The notes below the pieces were generated by a model that searched no databases, was not told where the DNA came from, and saw only the letters and a list, made by a program, of their open reading frames with translations. Positions 49,757-61,519 of a stretch of 64,000 nt of DNA are shown here, piece by piece (positions within the stretch are counted from its first letter, which is position 1; the number at the start of each line of letters is the position of its first letter). Made by a program: the position numbers and the translations under genes. This DNA is from Marsupella aquatica. Taxonomy: Eukaryota; Plantae; Marchantiophyta. The DNA is taken from the NCBI GenBank assembly GCA_973895155.1, contig OZ316897.1:19168168-19232167 (forward strand). Reading direction: 5' to 3'.

Positions 49757-52273
49757 CTACGCGTTTTTCTTTGGAGACTTGGGTGGTGGCCCGGGTGGTG
49801 GCCGTGGTTTTACAGCTTTCGAGGCGGCCTGACGTGATGGCCGCCGTGGTGCAGCTTTTGGGGGGGAGGTCTGAGGTGAAGGCCTGGGTGCCTTGGGCGG
49901 TTCCTGTGTTAGTAATTGCGATGGTCGTTGCCCTCTTGGCAGTGACGTCTGTGGTGCAGTAGGCGATGTTTTCGGCGGTGATAGTTTTGTAGCTGGCTGG
50001 GGTGTTGCTTGCTTTGCTCCTTGTGATTGTCCTTCTTTAAGAGGTGAGGTTGGCATTGCTCCTTTGGGTGTCGGAGGTGGTCTCTGCTGAGGTGGAGAGC
50101 TTGGCTTCGCTCCCTGCACTCCCTGTGATGGTCTCCTAGGTGCCGGAGAGGGTCTCTGCTGAGGTGGTGAGCCTGGCTGCACTCCCTGTGATGGTTTCCT
50201 AGGTGCCTGAGATAGTCTTTGCTGAGGTGGTGAGCTCTGCGATGGTTTCCTAGGTGCCTGAGATGGTCTCTGCTGAGGTGGTGAGCCCTGTGATGGTTTC
50301 CTGGGTGCTGGAGATGGTCTCTGCTGAGGTGGTGAGCCCTGTGATGGTTTCCTGGCTGCTGGAGATGGTCTCTGCTGAGGTGGTGAGCCCTGTGATGGTT
50401 TCCTAGGTGCCTGAGATGGTCTCTGCGGAGGTGGTGAGCCTTGTGATGGTTTCCTAGGTGCCTGAGATGGTCTCTGCTGAGGTGGTGAGCCTGGCTTCGC
50501 TCCCTGTGCAGGTGCCTGAGGTGGTTTTGGTAATTTCGTCTCTATTGGAGAGCCTGGTGCCTCAGCTACCGCTGGTGTCGACTTCCTTTTCGCTGCCGTA
50601 AACGACCTTTCAATGGAGACTGCATTGGCTGGTACGTTCCCTTCTGCAGGTGGCCGAACCGGCACAGATTTCGTTGATGCTTGAGTACTCGTAGACTCTC
50701 GGCGATTGCTCAGCCGCTTCGAACTCCGCTGCACTGCCTTTGCCATGGATTCAACGTCTATTATCGCTTCAGCCTCGTACTGGTCCGGCTCACCCTCTTC
50801 AATATCTGGCGTTGCTTCAGCCTCGTACTGGTCCTGCTCACCCTCTTCAATATCTGGCGTTGCTTCAGCCTCGTACTGGTCCTGCTCACCCTCTTCAATA
50901 TCTGGCGTTGCTTCAGCCTCGTCCTCGTCCTCGTCCTGTATCTGCTTCCCCTCGCCAATACCTGGCGGTGACATGAGAGGGGTGTCCTCATTCTCCGATA
51001 ATTCGGACTCTTCCGGAATGCCCGCTGTAGGGCTTTCCTGAGCTTCTTCATCAGGCTCCTCGGCAGGTTCTAGAGGAGCTTCCCAGAGATAGAGAGGATT
51101 TGCAACAGACAAAGAATCGCGAACTTTCTTCCGAGGAGGCTGCCTTTTGGGTCTGACTCCTGGAAGCGACTCTCTTCGACGAACTGGCCATCTTTGTTCT
51201 GCTTCAGTTTGTGGATTCTTGATACGTTTGAAGAAACAGAAGAACAAGCATTCCGAACAGAGGTAGGCGCCACCCACGGTGCCAACCACAGCCCCAGCAA
51301 TGAGCCCCACTTTAGCCGTCGTCGACAAAGGCGCCCACCATTGATACCACTGAGCAAGAAGAGATAATGGAGGAAAGCCGAATGTCTGGAAGCTCCAGTA
51401 GTACAGCAGATTTTCTTCAAACCCTCCCCCAAACACACTAGCCCCGAATCCAACGTAGGACCTTCGGTTCAGCTGCGACTCAACCCTGAGCCCTCCCATG
51501 GTCACGATAGGAGTGTCCGGTTTCATCCCGGCAGCACTCGCGTCAGTCCCGTTCACTGGAACACAGTAAACACTCATGGTGTACAAAGTGCTGTTGTAGT
51601 CGATCCACATTCCAACCGGTGTGTCGAGATAATCTGTGGCACTGATCTGTGTTGTATTGCTTGGAACCCCGGAGTTGCCTCCGAGGTCCGTGATATCGAT
51701 ACCGATATGCGGCACTGGAACAGTGTCAATGCCCGGCGTGAGTGAGGTGTCGAACTCTACGCCCATCACCATGGGCGCTGAGGAGATCGACCTCCCTGTC
51801 TTAGGATCCATCGGGAACATCCCAAACCCACCGCTGGCAGAGTTATCAGGAGTGTTGATTTCTGGTGCGACCATGAACGCGAAGCCACCTCCAAGGTGCG
51901 AGCGATTTCCAACATGAGAAATGGAGAAGATGAAGAAGGTGCTGAAACTAGCTTGAACAGTGCCAGTGGGATTCTCGAACACTATTGGTGTACTATACAT
52001 GAATCGAGCTGCTTGATCTGTATAAATGTTGTTGTACGCTGACGGCAGAACCTCCACAGCGTCTCCTGCAGAGTTCGTGTAGAAGCAAGTTGCGTAGCCA
52101 AGCACGTATGGAATGCCGGTGCATGTGAAGGTGCTATCATTGAAAACGGGGAATTGCAAGTTCACGTTCTGACCGTCAGCATACCACACTCGAAGAACAA
52201 ATGCCAAGCACGAGACAATCCAGCAGGAACGAAGATGCACCGCAAAATCCGAGTAGGGATGAAGACATGACAT
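49757..52273 (-). CDS. L-type (legume) lectin-domain single-pass membrane protein without a kinase, with acidic and Pro/Gln/Ser repeats; 838 aa
   Basis: Signal-like N-terminus. Lectin motifs SFSTFFIFSI, GFAFMVAP, GVEFDT, HIGIDI, WIDYNS, YVGFGAS and YYWSF. TM segment VGLIAGAVVGTVGGAYLC followed by FKRIK. Repetitive tail. Confidence 0.85.
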   Translation of the reverse strand: MSCLHPYSDFAVHLRSCWIVSCLAFVLRVWYADGQNVNLQFPVFNDSTFTCTGIPYVLGYATCFYTNSAGDAVEVLPSAYNNIYTDQAARFMYSTPIVFENPTGTVQASFSTFFIFSISHVGNRSHLGGGFAFMVAPEINTPDNSASGGFGMFPMDPKTGRSISSAPMVMGVEFDTSLTPGIDTVPVPHIGIDITDLGGNSGVPSNTTQISATDYLDTPVGMWIDYNSTLYTMSVYCVPVNGTDASAAGMKPDTPIVTMGGLRVESQLNRRSYVGFGASVFGGGFEENLLYYWSFQTFGFPPLSLLAQWYQWWAPLSTTAKVGLIAGAVVGTVGGAYLCSECLFFCFFKRIKNPQTEAEQRWPVRRRESLPGVRPKRQPPRKKVRDSLSVANPLYLWEAPLEPAEEPDEEAQESPTAGIPEESELSENEDTPLMSPPGIGEGKQIQDEDEDEAEATPDIEEGEQDQYEAEATPDIEEGEQDQYEAEATPDIEEGEPDQYEAEAIIDVESMAKAVQRSSKRLSNRRESTSTQASTKSVPVRPPAEGNVPANAVSIERSFTAAKRKSTPAVAEAPGSPIETKLPKPPQAPAQGAKPGSPPQQRPSQAPRKPSQGSPPPQRPSQAPRKPSQGSPPQQRPSPAARKPSQGSPPQQRPSPAPRKPSQGSPPQQRPSQAPRKPSQSSPPQQRLSQAPRKPSQGVQPGSPPQQRPSPAPRRPSQGVQGAKPSSPPQQRPPPTPKGAMPTSPLKEGQSQGAKQATPQPATKLSPPKTSPTAPQTSLPRGQRPSQLLTQEPPKAPRPSPQTSPPKAAPRRPSRQAASKAVKPRPPPGPPPKSPKKNA
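50080..50492 (-). repeat. Coding 51-bp repeat (QGSPPQQRPSQAPRKPS, about 8 copies)
   Basis: GATGGTCTCTGCTGAGGTGGTGAGCCCTGTGATGGTTTCC units on the + strand. Confidence 0.95.
50766..50922 (-). repeat. Coding 48-bp repeat (EAEATPDIEEGEQDQY, 3 copies plus a partial)
   Basis: Near-identical tandem units seen directly. Confidence 0.95.
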
Positions 52274-52685
52274 GGGAAGTAAGAGATTTCACGCCAACTG
52301 CTTATTATTCCGGATGCTCTGTCTGGCACTCTGCAGCAATCTGATCCAGAGGTAGAAGTGCTCGCACTGTTTCTTCTCTCTTCAGCGTTGTTCTCAACTC
52401 CCACCTGCACAATCATGAAGTCATGTAACGAAACGAAATGTTTAGAAGGTGTTCCAATGGGAACGAGCTCTTCAGTTAGGTCAAGTATACAGAGCACTAG
52501 GGTGTCCTCTCTCACTCATTCAATCCACTTTTGGATTCAAGCTTCGGTCACTTGATAAAGATGGGTCCATTCATTCAAAGCTCATCTCATGAATGTACAA
52601 TGTAAAACACGAACTGATCGAAATCTTTCTAATCTTTCATCCCTCGTCAGCCGGTGAATCTTAGAAGGATCCAGAACGGAGATAG

Positions 52686-52801
52686 AGCTCTTGTGGTCAG
52701 AATTGTGAAGAAAACGTTCAATTCAATATGGCTTTCCCAATTACAAGAGCTCCTGTGTCAGAATTGTGAAGAAAACATTCAATTCAATATGGCTTTCCCA
52801 A
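52686..52801. repeat. ~59-bp tandem duplication upstream of the lectin gene
   Basis: GTCAGAATTGTGAAGAAAACRTTCAATTCAATATGGCTTTCCCAA occurs twice. Confidence 0.9.
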
Positions 52802-54914
52802 ATACAAGTTTTCCCAAATTTGCTTCCTGCTATGAATATCGAGAAAAGTTCGAGCCGAGGTCATGTGAATCATTCCTAGTACAATCAAATTCGCTACTAA
52901 GGAGGATTTCAGCTGATTATTTCTTGCACCTACTGTGGTTTTGATTTTGCTCTCAGTTACCCGTTTTATACGCATACAATATAGTAACTGAATTTGGTTC
53001 GATGCATCTAGATTCAGTTGAATCCCATTTTTCTTGGTCCGTTTCGTTCAATTGAATTGAGCGAATTGACTCTTTGGCCTCCTTCTCAGCTGAGTAAGTA
53101 CATCATTGTCAATGTGGGTGAGGCTATCGATAGATTGGATGAAAGATTTTACCAATCAAGATCTCATTTACATAATCGATTGCCAATACGTTGCCTAGGT
53201 GCGATATCTATGACAATGTTTGATCATGATAAGCGCTTTCCCCATCTTGCAATGCCAACCATATTTGCTGCTCAAAATAATTTCGTTTCCATCTTTCTCG
53301 TTGGTTCCCTACATGTTTCCATGGCCACCTGGTTTTTCAAGATAGATTAGGGAACACGAGCTTAAGTCGATGCTCTCGGTCCAATGTGCCACAAAGAGGT
53401 GCCTTGTCATCTCCATGCTAAGTTCAAGAAAACAAGAATATGGACTGAAGGATATCACTCTTTCATCTTAGGATGGTCATTTTAGATGCCCCGTAACTGC
53501 AAATCGAAGATAGCTAAAATTGCACGGTCGATCAGAAGTGATGTCGTTCGATTCAACGTACGAAGTAGGAAAAGAGTGTGCGCTGAGGTGAGAGAGGTAT
53601 TCATTTTCCTACTTCATTAACTGAAACTTATCAGATATTCTGCTACATATGGAATGTGGATTAACCATCTATAGTCGGCCAGTCAACTCAACAGCATGCC
53701 AGATTGAATTCCAGCGTCTCATCTACCTTCCACTTAACTTACATAATCTGTGGACTGCCGATTGTGACTGGACCATCAACAAAGAATAATTGTTATTTGC
53801 ACATCAATTTCATCCACAGGGGTCGTCTACCTCCACACCTGGCCAATAAGAAGAATATAAGCCTTTTGATTTTGTGTTGATAACCTTCGATCCCTGCATT
53901 TGCCCTCTCTGGAATGATGATCTTGGCAGACGACCTAGAGCATCGTGTTTTCAGCCTCCATGCCATTTTCTGAGATGCTTCAAACCAACTTCTCAAGATC
54001 TTCTCTGACCACTACCACCAAATCCTTTCATGACAAGAATGGCCAAAAAATGAAATGTTTTCAATCGATCGAGAAAAGGCAGACTTCAGAGTGACTTCCA
54101 GTTTGGACTCTATTGGCAAGTTCAGGATGGAGGTTGCGGGCTGCGGATTGAAGGAGATGGTGCGATGATGGTCATGGCAATGATTTTGTTATCAATTATG
54201 GTGCAAAATTGTGCTCATATGAACTTTGCAAAGGGTTGAAAACGTGTAAGAATTTATGAACTTGGAAGACATGATACTTTACATGGATTCAATTCAGTTC
54301 ATCCAACTTGTCATCAAAAGCTACACTTCAGGGCCTAAAGTCTAGAGTGAAATCTCTAATAATGACTCGTGCTTATAACTGGAATTGTGATGAGGTGGAA
54401 AATGAGGATTGAGGGCAAGACGAGTCTGAGAAATGGTGCAGAGATGGTGGAGTGGGCTTGCATGTCCTCACTTTGATTTATATTCAATGAACTCAAATCC
54501 AATTAGGTCAGTACTGACAGTACAGCTTTCTCTTGATTGTCTTCAACCCCATTTCAGGGCTGGAAAGATTTTTTGAAAAGCCTACAAAGCTTAGAGCTAA
54601 GTAATACAGATTTACTTGTCACCTCTTGTTACTTACATATTACATACGTCCATAATAGTGTAACAACACTCGAACTTGTACAGTTTAGACATTGAGAAAT
54701 TTACTAGTTTAAACAAGACTTAAACTTTGTACAAGATAGAAAAAATCCTGTAGTTAGTACTGTTCATTAATCATTCATGGATTTTTGATCCACTTTACAT
54801 GTTTTTCAAGGCTGAATGAAATGCTGCAGAGTCCATCTAAATTAGAGACATCTTAAATTTGCCTTTGCTTAGATTTTATTTTATTTGAACTATCCAGTTT
54901 GCACAATGTTGGTC

Positions 54915-54964
54915 AAGCCTGTCATAAGTGGTCGGGTCACAAAACACCCCGGTTTCTACTAGTG
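54915..54964. mobile_element. Orphan right terminus of a CACTAG-type CACTA element
   Basis: GTCAT...GTCACAAAACACCCCGGTTTCTACTAGTG resembles the 3261 terminus GTCATAAAAGGCCCCATTTTCTACTAGTG. Confidence 0.55.
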
Positions 54965-56556
54965 ATTTCATGCTTCCTCTGCTCATTAGTACGTTGTGTT
55001 TCTGGTGGGCAATCTTGTGTAAGCTCCATCCATGGAACAGTTCCCCTTAGATATCTTTCTTAGCGACTAGGTCCAAAATCTTCATTGGCACACTTTGTAT
55101 CCATTATTTCCTCTACATATACAATTTCCTTTCATGGTTAGTTTTTGATACGTTGTTGTGTCAAAGCACAAAATCCAGTTCAACTGTTGCTTGAGCTACT
55201 GCCAGTATTGCTATAATTTTAGGATCAAGCAATCTTGGGATTGTTTCATGAGTACCTAGTGACACCCCACCACTGGCTGACTGGCTTAAATGCCTTTCAA
55301 GAATAGAATCACAACCCCATCACTTATCACTCAACGGTATCATGTATTATTCACTTTGTGGAGCATTCTTAGTCAGGGAGACAGTCAGAATGACTCAATC
55401 CAACAAGATCAGCCAAGTTCTCAGCAAGGTCAGTGGAGAGTTCAGCAAGGCAGAAGGGTGGAAATTTTCCACTTTGGCAGGGCAGCAGAGAGCAAAAGTG
55501 AAACACAAAATTGATGTTCACGCTTGGGCCTGGAGGTCACTGAGCTTCAATGATGTAGATGACTCATAACTGGTGCAGCTAACAACCTCCCTTCCAGACA
55601 AACCTGAAACATGGCTATGTATAGTGAGTGATTGCACTTGCCTGTCTACTAGCTTAGGCAGGCATAACATACTTGGTATTAAATCTATGCCTAATCCTGA
55701 CCTACCTACAGCCAGAACACAACCCAAGACAATCTACTTGCAAACCATGTGGAACAAAAGAATGTGTCTTGGGTTGTATAGATTTAATGCTGTAGCACAA
55801 ATTGCTGTGGGGGAGTAATTATAATCACTACTTGGAATCTCTGCCCTAACATCAAGTTTTAACACTCTCCTCCTTGAAGTAGAGTACACTACATGCCCCT
55901 CTTTCACCCAAATTTCTTTAAAAAGCCTGACACCTGAGGGCAGTGTGTGTTTGAGGATGGGCTCATTTGTTCATTTGAGGGTGTGCAGGAGTCTATGCAT
56001 GCTTAAGCCCAAGTAGTTAATAATGGGATTAGTTTGTCTTGAGCTTAGCATGCCCATCAGCCGCACTTCCATGTTACATTTAGTGCAAACAAGACATTTT
56101 GATGAATAGCAACTGAACACTAGTTACAGTGTGAAGCATACTTTGTCACATACATGTTAGATTCCTCATGGCAGTCAAAATCTTCATTTGAATGAATCTC
56201 CACTTCAATTTGGACTAATATGAATGATAACAACACTTATCAACACGTGAATGTTCATTTCTATCATAGATTAGGTCACAATACCCCTAATTTAGATTGG
56301 GATTTAGATCAATGCCCATAATCAATTTCAAAGTAATCAGAACGCCTCTTAAGTGAAACTGCTAACTACATAGGACAAAGCTTCCATTTTGAAATCCAAC
56401 AAATTATCTTCTATTTACACCAAATGTGGAATCAATTGCACTACTAAGTAAATGCTTGAGGTAGAATATTAGACTATCAAAGTTCATCCATCATAATTAT
56501 GCAGATATCAAATCAATATGAGAATTTTTTTTGCTCTCGATATATGTGAAACTGGT

Positions 56557-59500
56557 TTATCTTGGAGGCATAGATGCTGCAACTCGTGCTGCAGCTTCGG
56601 CTGGTTCAAGAAAGGCATACCTATAAGAAACAACCATTGTTTGTCCCAATTTTGAATAGTGTATGTTAGTGTTGTTTATCTCAACTGAGATAAATAGCAA
56701 GAATAGTTACAATCATTTATCACACTACCAAAGCACCAAAAGTGCCAATCAGGGAGTCAGGAGACTCATTAAAGGAAGGAAAACAAGCCATGGAAAATCT
56801 GAACAAAGAGCCAATAAAGCCCGAGAGTCCCCATTAACAGCAAAAGAACTAAAACCCTACTGACCAACAGCTGAAAAGTCCAATAAAGCTCCATAATAAA
56901 ACCACAGAGTTACAATTCAGATTAACAGGGGTTTTTATTCAATTGATTCACATTGGGTACCTCCGTATTAGTTATGAATAACTCTAGCAAGTTGTTTATG
57001 ATTGACAAGCTAGATGCCTACTTAAGGTATGCAATGGTGTACTAGGCTATAGATTCCATATGATTTACTTGGCTAAGGAAACTGTGTTCTTTAGTGATTG
57101 ACATTAATTGGTACGCACCTGTACAAGGCGGCAGCCATGGTTGCTCCAAAACATGGAGCTACCCAATATACCAAGTGAGCACTACCAAAGTAACCAGAAA
57201 CCAGAGCAGGCCCAAAACTTCGAGCTGGATTCATGGATGCTCCAGTGTAGGGCACCCCCACAATGTGGTCCACTGCGACAGCAAATCCAATAGGCAATGG
57301 TGCTATAACACCTGTTGATTTAATATTGCAAAACATGTTCATAGTTAGTATAAGCTTAAAGTTAATGTAGTTGCTGACATGGATTGTCTATATTATTTCC
57401 CATAGACTTACCCTCGCATAGGATTGTTCAATTTAGTTTGTTAGACCCAATGAGCAAGTGAATGAAGATAAATACTGACAAAATATAACTTTAAAATTTA
57501 GAGGTCTAAAAGATAGCATAAAAAATCTCACCAGGTCCACGGCGGTCAACAGCCACACCAAAAATCACAAATACAAGAGTAAAAGTGAGTATCGTCTCCA
57601 CCAGGAAGCCTTGACTAGTGAAGATAAACTGGTTTATATCATGTGAGCCCAAATTCCCTCTCAAATACTCTGGTGTTGAGAATTTCAGAAACAAGGCTCC
57701 AAAGATGGCTCCAAAGATCTGTCTTAGTTTCCACAATCACATCCAAAACAATGCAAGATCAATATTGATTTATAGTATTACTTAATATAAGATTTACAAT
57801 AGAGTAGAAGGCTTGTACCACAGTGTATATATACACAAAAATGGGTGCCTGGAGTCCTTGTCGGGTTTCTTGGTTGTTACTATATTAGACTCACTATGTT
57901 TTTCAATAATAACACACACACTATGTGAACACAATAAATAACTAGCAGTGTAAGAACATTAGGATTTTTACTCTGTACCTGAGCCCCAACGTAGAGTCCA
58001 GCCCGAACAAGATTCTCCTTTCCAGCAACCACAAATGCCAAGGTTACAGCAGGGTTAAGATGCCCCCCAGAAATTGCTCCAGTTGCACCTGCCAAACAAG
58101 AAATAGCCAGCCCATGTGCAAGAGCTATGGTGACTAGCCTTGATGGAGTCATTTCTGCATAGAGCATTCCTGTTTCATTGATCAAATCCCTCCATCAAGT
58201 TTTGCATCACGAATCATTGTATAATAATTCGAATTTGATGAGGCTACTAATTAATAGCTTGATATCATCTGCTGAACATTTGGTCCTATTAAGACGACCC
58301 CTAACAAACATACAAAAAGAAAAACCCAAGAAGATAGCATCATCAACAACAACAACACAAATAAATCATCTATCGATGCTTGTCCTACAACCTACATTCT
58401 CATGCTTTACCCTCAGATGTAAGACATAGAAACCCTACTGCATGAAAAAATTTGATTGTGTGGATGATTTTGCAAGAAAATTCCTCACACTTTTGTTTCA
58501 TATTAAGCAATCCTCAAGTTCTGATCATATATTATAGCATAACAATGAGATGCAACTTTCAGTACTTTGGAAACTACCAACAGCTCAATTTACTTGTTAT
58601 TGCCTTTGTGTTGCAGGATTTCCTTAATCTATCATCAAGCAGGAATGAGATGTGGTAGCGGAATCTACATAACTGCATGAGTCAACACTTCCTAGTACGT
58701 AATGAAGAATGGCATGCCTGTAGCAACGACAGAGCCGCATCCAATATAAACAAATAAGAATGTCCCTACAAACTCTGCTCCGGCAGCTCTCCATTGCTCT
58801 TTAGACCTCAATGTCTTTGTCTCCCCAAGTTCAACCTAACATATATCATTCTAACCAAAGATGGTTACTAAGAGTGCATAAGTTTCAAAGTGAATCTTGA
58901 ATGTTTTCAAAACTTTGAGCTATACCATATTTTCTGACATTTCAAGTAACAAATGCTATTCTCCAAGTTCTCATCAACTCAAACAGATTACCATTGACTG
59001 TACAGAACTTTACTCTATATTTGATCAAGATTTGTTGAAGAGATTCAATCTTGGTTAGTTTTAACTAGAATGTCACAATGTGCATTGGAAGATGATCAAT
59101 AGCACCATTCACCGTATTGTGGTTAGAGGGGTGAGCAAACTACCTCTTACAGCAGCTGTGTTTCTAAATATTCCACTGAGTCTCTAGACATTCTAGTTTA
59201 GCATTCAAGACAGAACAGCTCAAACTACATTTGTTGTTTTTGAATGCAGGCATGCAAATGACATGCTCTACTACTTTGATGCTAAAAGTGTTCTCAGAAT
59301 ATTTCTAAAAGTTCTTCAAACCCTACTCTTGGGAAGAAACGTGTATCAATGGAAAACTAGCCTATAATCCCTAGGTTTCAACTTCACTTTCTTATCAATG
59401 AGTGACATTGCCATCCTAGATACAACATTTTCAAAAAGGGTAGTAAGCTGATGGCAATGGCAACTCTGTAACATACATGTCAAACAATGGAACAAAGCTT

Positions 59501-60175
59501 CACAGGAGAAGAGCTTGGGTAGGGAGGAAAATCATTGCTCACCTTCATAAAGTTGAGCATTGTAACCATTTTCACCATTGTTTGGATGGCAGGGTTATGG
59601 GTCAGCTCATGACCTGCCCCTCCTTGGAGCTGAACATCACCACTAGGAACAGTACTCTGCTGCTGCCCATTCCAGGGCCTTGACTCCCTTTCGCTGTTGG
59701 AAAAACGATCACTGTACCCCCTATCTCGTCGTTCTTGCTCTGCTCCTCCTCCTTGAGAATCCCCTCCAAGAAATGGTCGTCTTGATCCATCTTCCACCCG
59801 CACAGATGTCTCTGGCTTTTGATTGTTGCAACCATCTCCAAAGATATCTTCCTGCTTTCCTCTTGGCGCAAAGAAATCCTCTTGCTTCCCTTTTTGTGCA
59901 AAAAGATCCTCTTGCTTTCCTCTTTGTTGTGCAAACAGATCCTCCTGCTTCCCTCTTTGTTGTGCAAACAAGTCCTCCTGCTTCCTCCACTGGCCATCAG
60001 CCTGCTTATCCTTTGGGCCCCCATACGACTCCTCTTGCTTTCCCCGCACGTTAAACGACATCTCTTGGTTTCCTCTCTGACTAGCATTCAAAGAATCCTC
60101 TTGTTGCCTACCTTTGGCTCCCTGTCCTTGCTCAAGACCTTGGCCCCTTGATCCAGCATATAGTCTAGGATCCAT
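56557..60175 (-). CDS. Aquaporin (MIP family), HIP (hybrid intrinsic protein) subfamily; exons 60175-59543, 58835-58718, 58169-57979, 57718-57532, 57311-57119, 56620-56557
   Basis: [23 protein letters not shown] and [13 protein letters not shown]. The ar/R filter reads H (LAHG), H (VDHI), A, R, the combination described for moss HIP1;1. Exon phases join correctly. Confidence 0.88.
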
Positions 60176-61161
60176 CTCCAGATTGTGAAGCAATTTTGAT
60201 CCGAGACTACCAGTACGTTGCAGAGGTGTAAATGAGATGATCAAGAAAGATATTTACAAATTGCAACCAGCAACATTGTCGTCATCAATTCTTGAAGAGC
60301 TCTTGCTCAATCACCTATCTTCAGTTTCCAGGTTCACAAATTTGATGATCAGACTAATTCACATTTCTTTGGCTCCACATTGGTAATGGAATCCTACAAT
60401 GTTGCAATCTTGGGAGTCTACCCTTGATGTAACAGAAGCAACCTTCTTCTAGAAATGCTACATCATTCCCTAGTCTTGATTTGGATGTTGAAAATTGTTG
60501 CCTTCGTGAAACCAATAACTCTGAATTGGAAGCACATCGAGGTTGGATTTGAATAGGAGGCCACACTGATTGGCATTTACAGAGTTGTGCTGAGGGATAT
60601 CAAAAGGGTATGATCATGGTTCTTAAAATCTCAATTGATGTGCAACATTCTCCCAATAGAGCAAACTAAGGTTGCTATTGTAGGATCATTATCACCGGCA
60701 TTGTGTATGCAAAAGCTCCACTGTACTTGACTGCTTGGTTTCTTAAAATTTCACAAAAATGATTATTATTTGCTCAGTCCATGTTCCTAGATTCAAAAGA
60801 GGACTACTTAATGCTCTTGGTGATTTTACTCTTTGAGATGTTTGGGTGTTTGATAGAGAGAAAGTTCCTTTATAGAAAAGAATGCACATTCCTGATTTGG
60901 AGGGGGCCATTATGAAACTATTCAACTAGTACCACAGGTACGCAACTCTTGTAAAATAGGTCGGGGTCTACATTTTATATGAACTAAAAGATTGGGTATT
61001 TTAGAAAATAAAAATTGGAAAAAACTTGGTTTTGCACTATAAAACTTTTCAGGGTCATATCTAAAGCTTTTCCATGTAGGAATAAAAAGAATTCTTAAAC
61101 TAGTTGTCATTTTTATTAAAAGATTTTAAAATTTTAATAAAAGTCTAAAAAGGCTGGCTAG

Positions 61162-61505
61162 TGTTAGAATTTACTCAGAGGTCTAGAGTTACGAATGTAC
61201 CGTAGTTAAGGCTAACCTTAGTCGCAGACTTGGTTAGGTTAGTCATGCTGTGCACACTCTATAACCAAGCGGTGTTTGCTTGGAGAGGGGAACTCAGGCT
61301 CATTGTTACGGAGCTAGTTGAGAGATAGAGAGAGCTTGCCCTGTGGATGCTTGGTATGGCCGGTCGGCCTAGAGTGCAGTAAAGCTCATGTGTGTTCCCG
61401 TGGACGTAGCCTCATGTGGAGGTGAACCATGTATCTCTCTGTGTCAACTCTTGTGCGTTGGATGGTTCATGGGCTTGCCGTTGCAATTGTCGTCTATGCT
61501 CAACA
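61162..61505 (+). repeat. 5' LTR of the Copia element (344 bp)
   Basis: TGTTAG...CAACA termini, internal CTATAA, immediately followed by a primer-binding site. Confidence 0.85.
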
Positions 61506-61507
61506 AT

Positions 61508-61519
61508 TGGTATCTAAGC
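61508..61519 (+). promoter_or_regulatory. Primer-binding site (initiator tRNA-Met type)
   Basis: TGGTATCTAAGC versus canonical TGGTATCAGAGC, 2 nt after the LTR. Confidence 0.8.
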
